DNA from: Podarcis erhardii
Taxonomy: Eukaryota
Length of the DNA: 64,000 bases
NCBI GenBank assembly: GCA_964252035.1
Contig: OZ176201.1
Direction: 5' to 3' (one strand)
Part shown: positions 63,482 to 64,000 of the stretch, one piece after another
Layout of the letters: every line of letters begins with the position of its first letter
Position numbering within the stretch: the first letter of the stretch is position 1
Position numbers and translations under genes: made by a program
Notes under the pieces: model-generated
Seen by the model: the letters and a program-made list of their open reading frames with translations, nothing else
What the model was told of the DNA's origin: nothing
Database searches by the model: none

Positions 63482-64000
63482 GTATAGCACCTTCAGCCTT
63501 CCAATGCTATTACCCAAACATTTTATCTGTCAGCATTCCAGAATGTTCTGTGAATTATCATTGACAGCTCTGTAGATCCACTCATACATCACTTAAAACC
63601 CAACCAATTTTGCTGCGCAAAAGACACTGTGTGGCTAGCAAAGCTAATTCACTCACACCATAATCTCTCAGCATCTCCAGAGGTATTTTTGTTCAGTGTG
63701 GAGAAGCTAGTCATGTATCATTTGCAGGAGGGTGGGCACACACAGTCTCAAAGTGTTGTTAGTATGTATTTGCATATCTTAACGTACATCGTATTTACAC
63801 AGCTTAATGAGAACCTTGCTTTGCACTGTAAGGATTCAGGAGTAGGTGGGTGGGCAGCCAGATGGCTGACAGAGAGAGAATGAGAGATGGAGTGTTATGT
63901 AGTCTGACTCCCCTTTTCAAAAGACCTTTACTCTGCTGTATGACAGTGACAGAGCCTGGAGCCATATCCCTCTTATGCTTTACCTAGAAAGGCCTCAATT

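Noticed and set aside
57000-64000. Possible FABP6 exons expected from human synteny
   Set aside because: No fatty-acid-binding-protein-like exon found in any frame; the gene, if adjacent, lies outside the window.

Overview
Vertebrate genomic DNA, most likely a lacertid lizard, judged from Sauria-type SINEs, L2/CR1 LINE ends and hAT/Tc1-mariner MITEs. Two complete, convergent protein-coding genes are present. TTC1 lies on the + strand: a non-coding exon 1 in a CpG island at ~15.3 kb, then 7 coding exons from 16538 to 27602, giving 288 aa by my exon assembly. PWWP2A lies on the - strand: exon 1 CDS 56275-55584 and exon 2 42868-41185, ~791 aa, with a 140-N gap inside exon 2. Exon 2 carries an internal splice donor at 41903 and a strong distal acceptor lies at 31380; joining them would give a ~556-aa isoform ending ...RSAAQRH that lacks the PWWP domain. 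Several further candidate alternative or poison exons lie between these two sites. A third CpG island (~5.45-6.6 kb) looks like the non-coding first exon of an unidentified - strand gene whose body lies left of the window. The rest is intronic or intergenic DNA rich in nested transposon fragments. One SINE is flanked by a ~90-bp duplication, and a perfect 23-bp-stem hairpin lies between the two 3' ends. I found no tRNA, rRNA or CRISPR features. I see no evidence of a wholly new gene system; the most interesting signal is the PWWP2A 3' isoform architecture. All comparisons to human proteins are from memory and need database confirmation.
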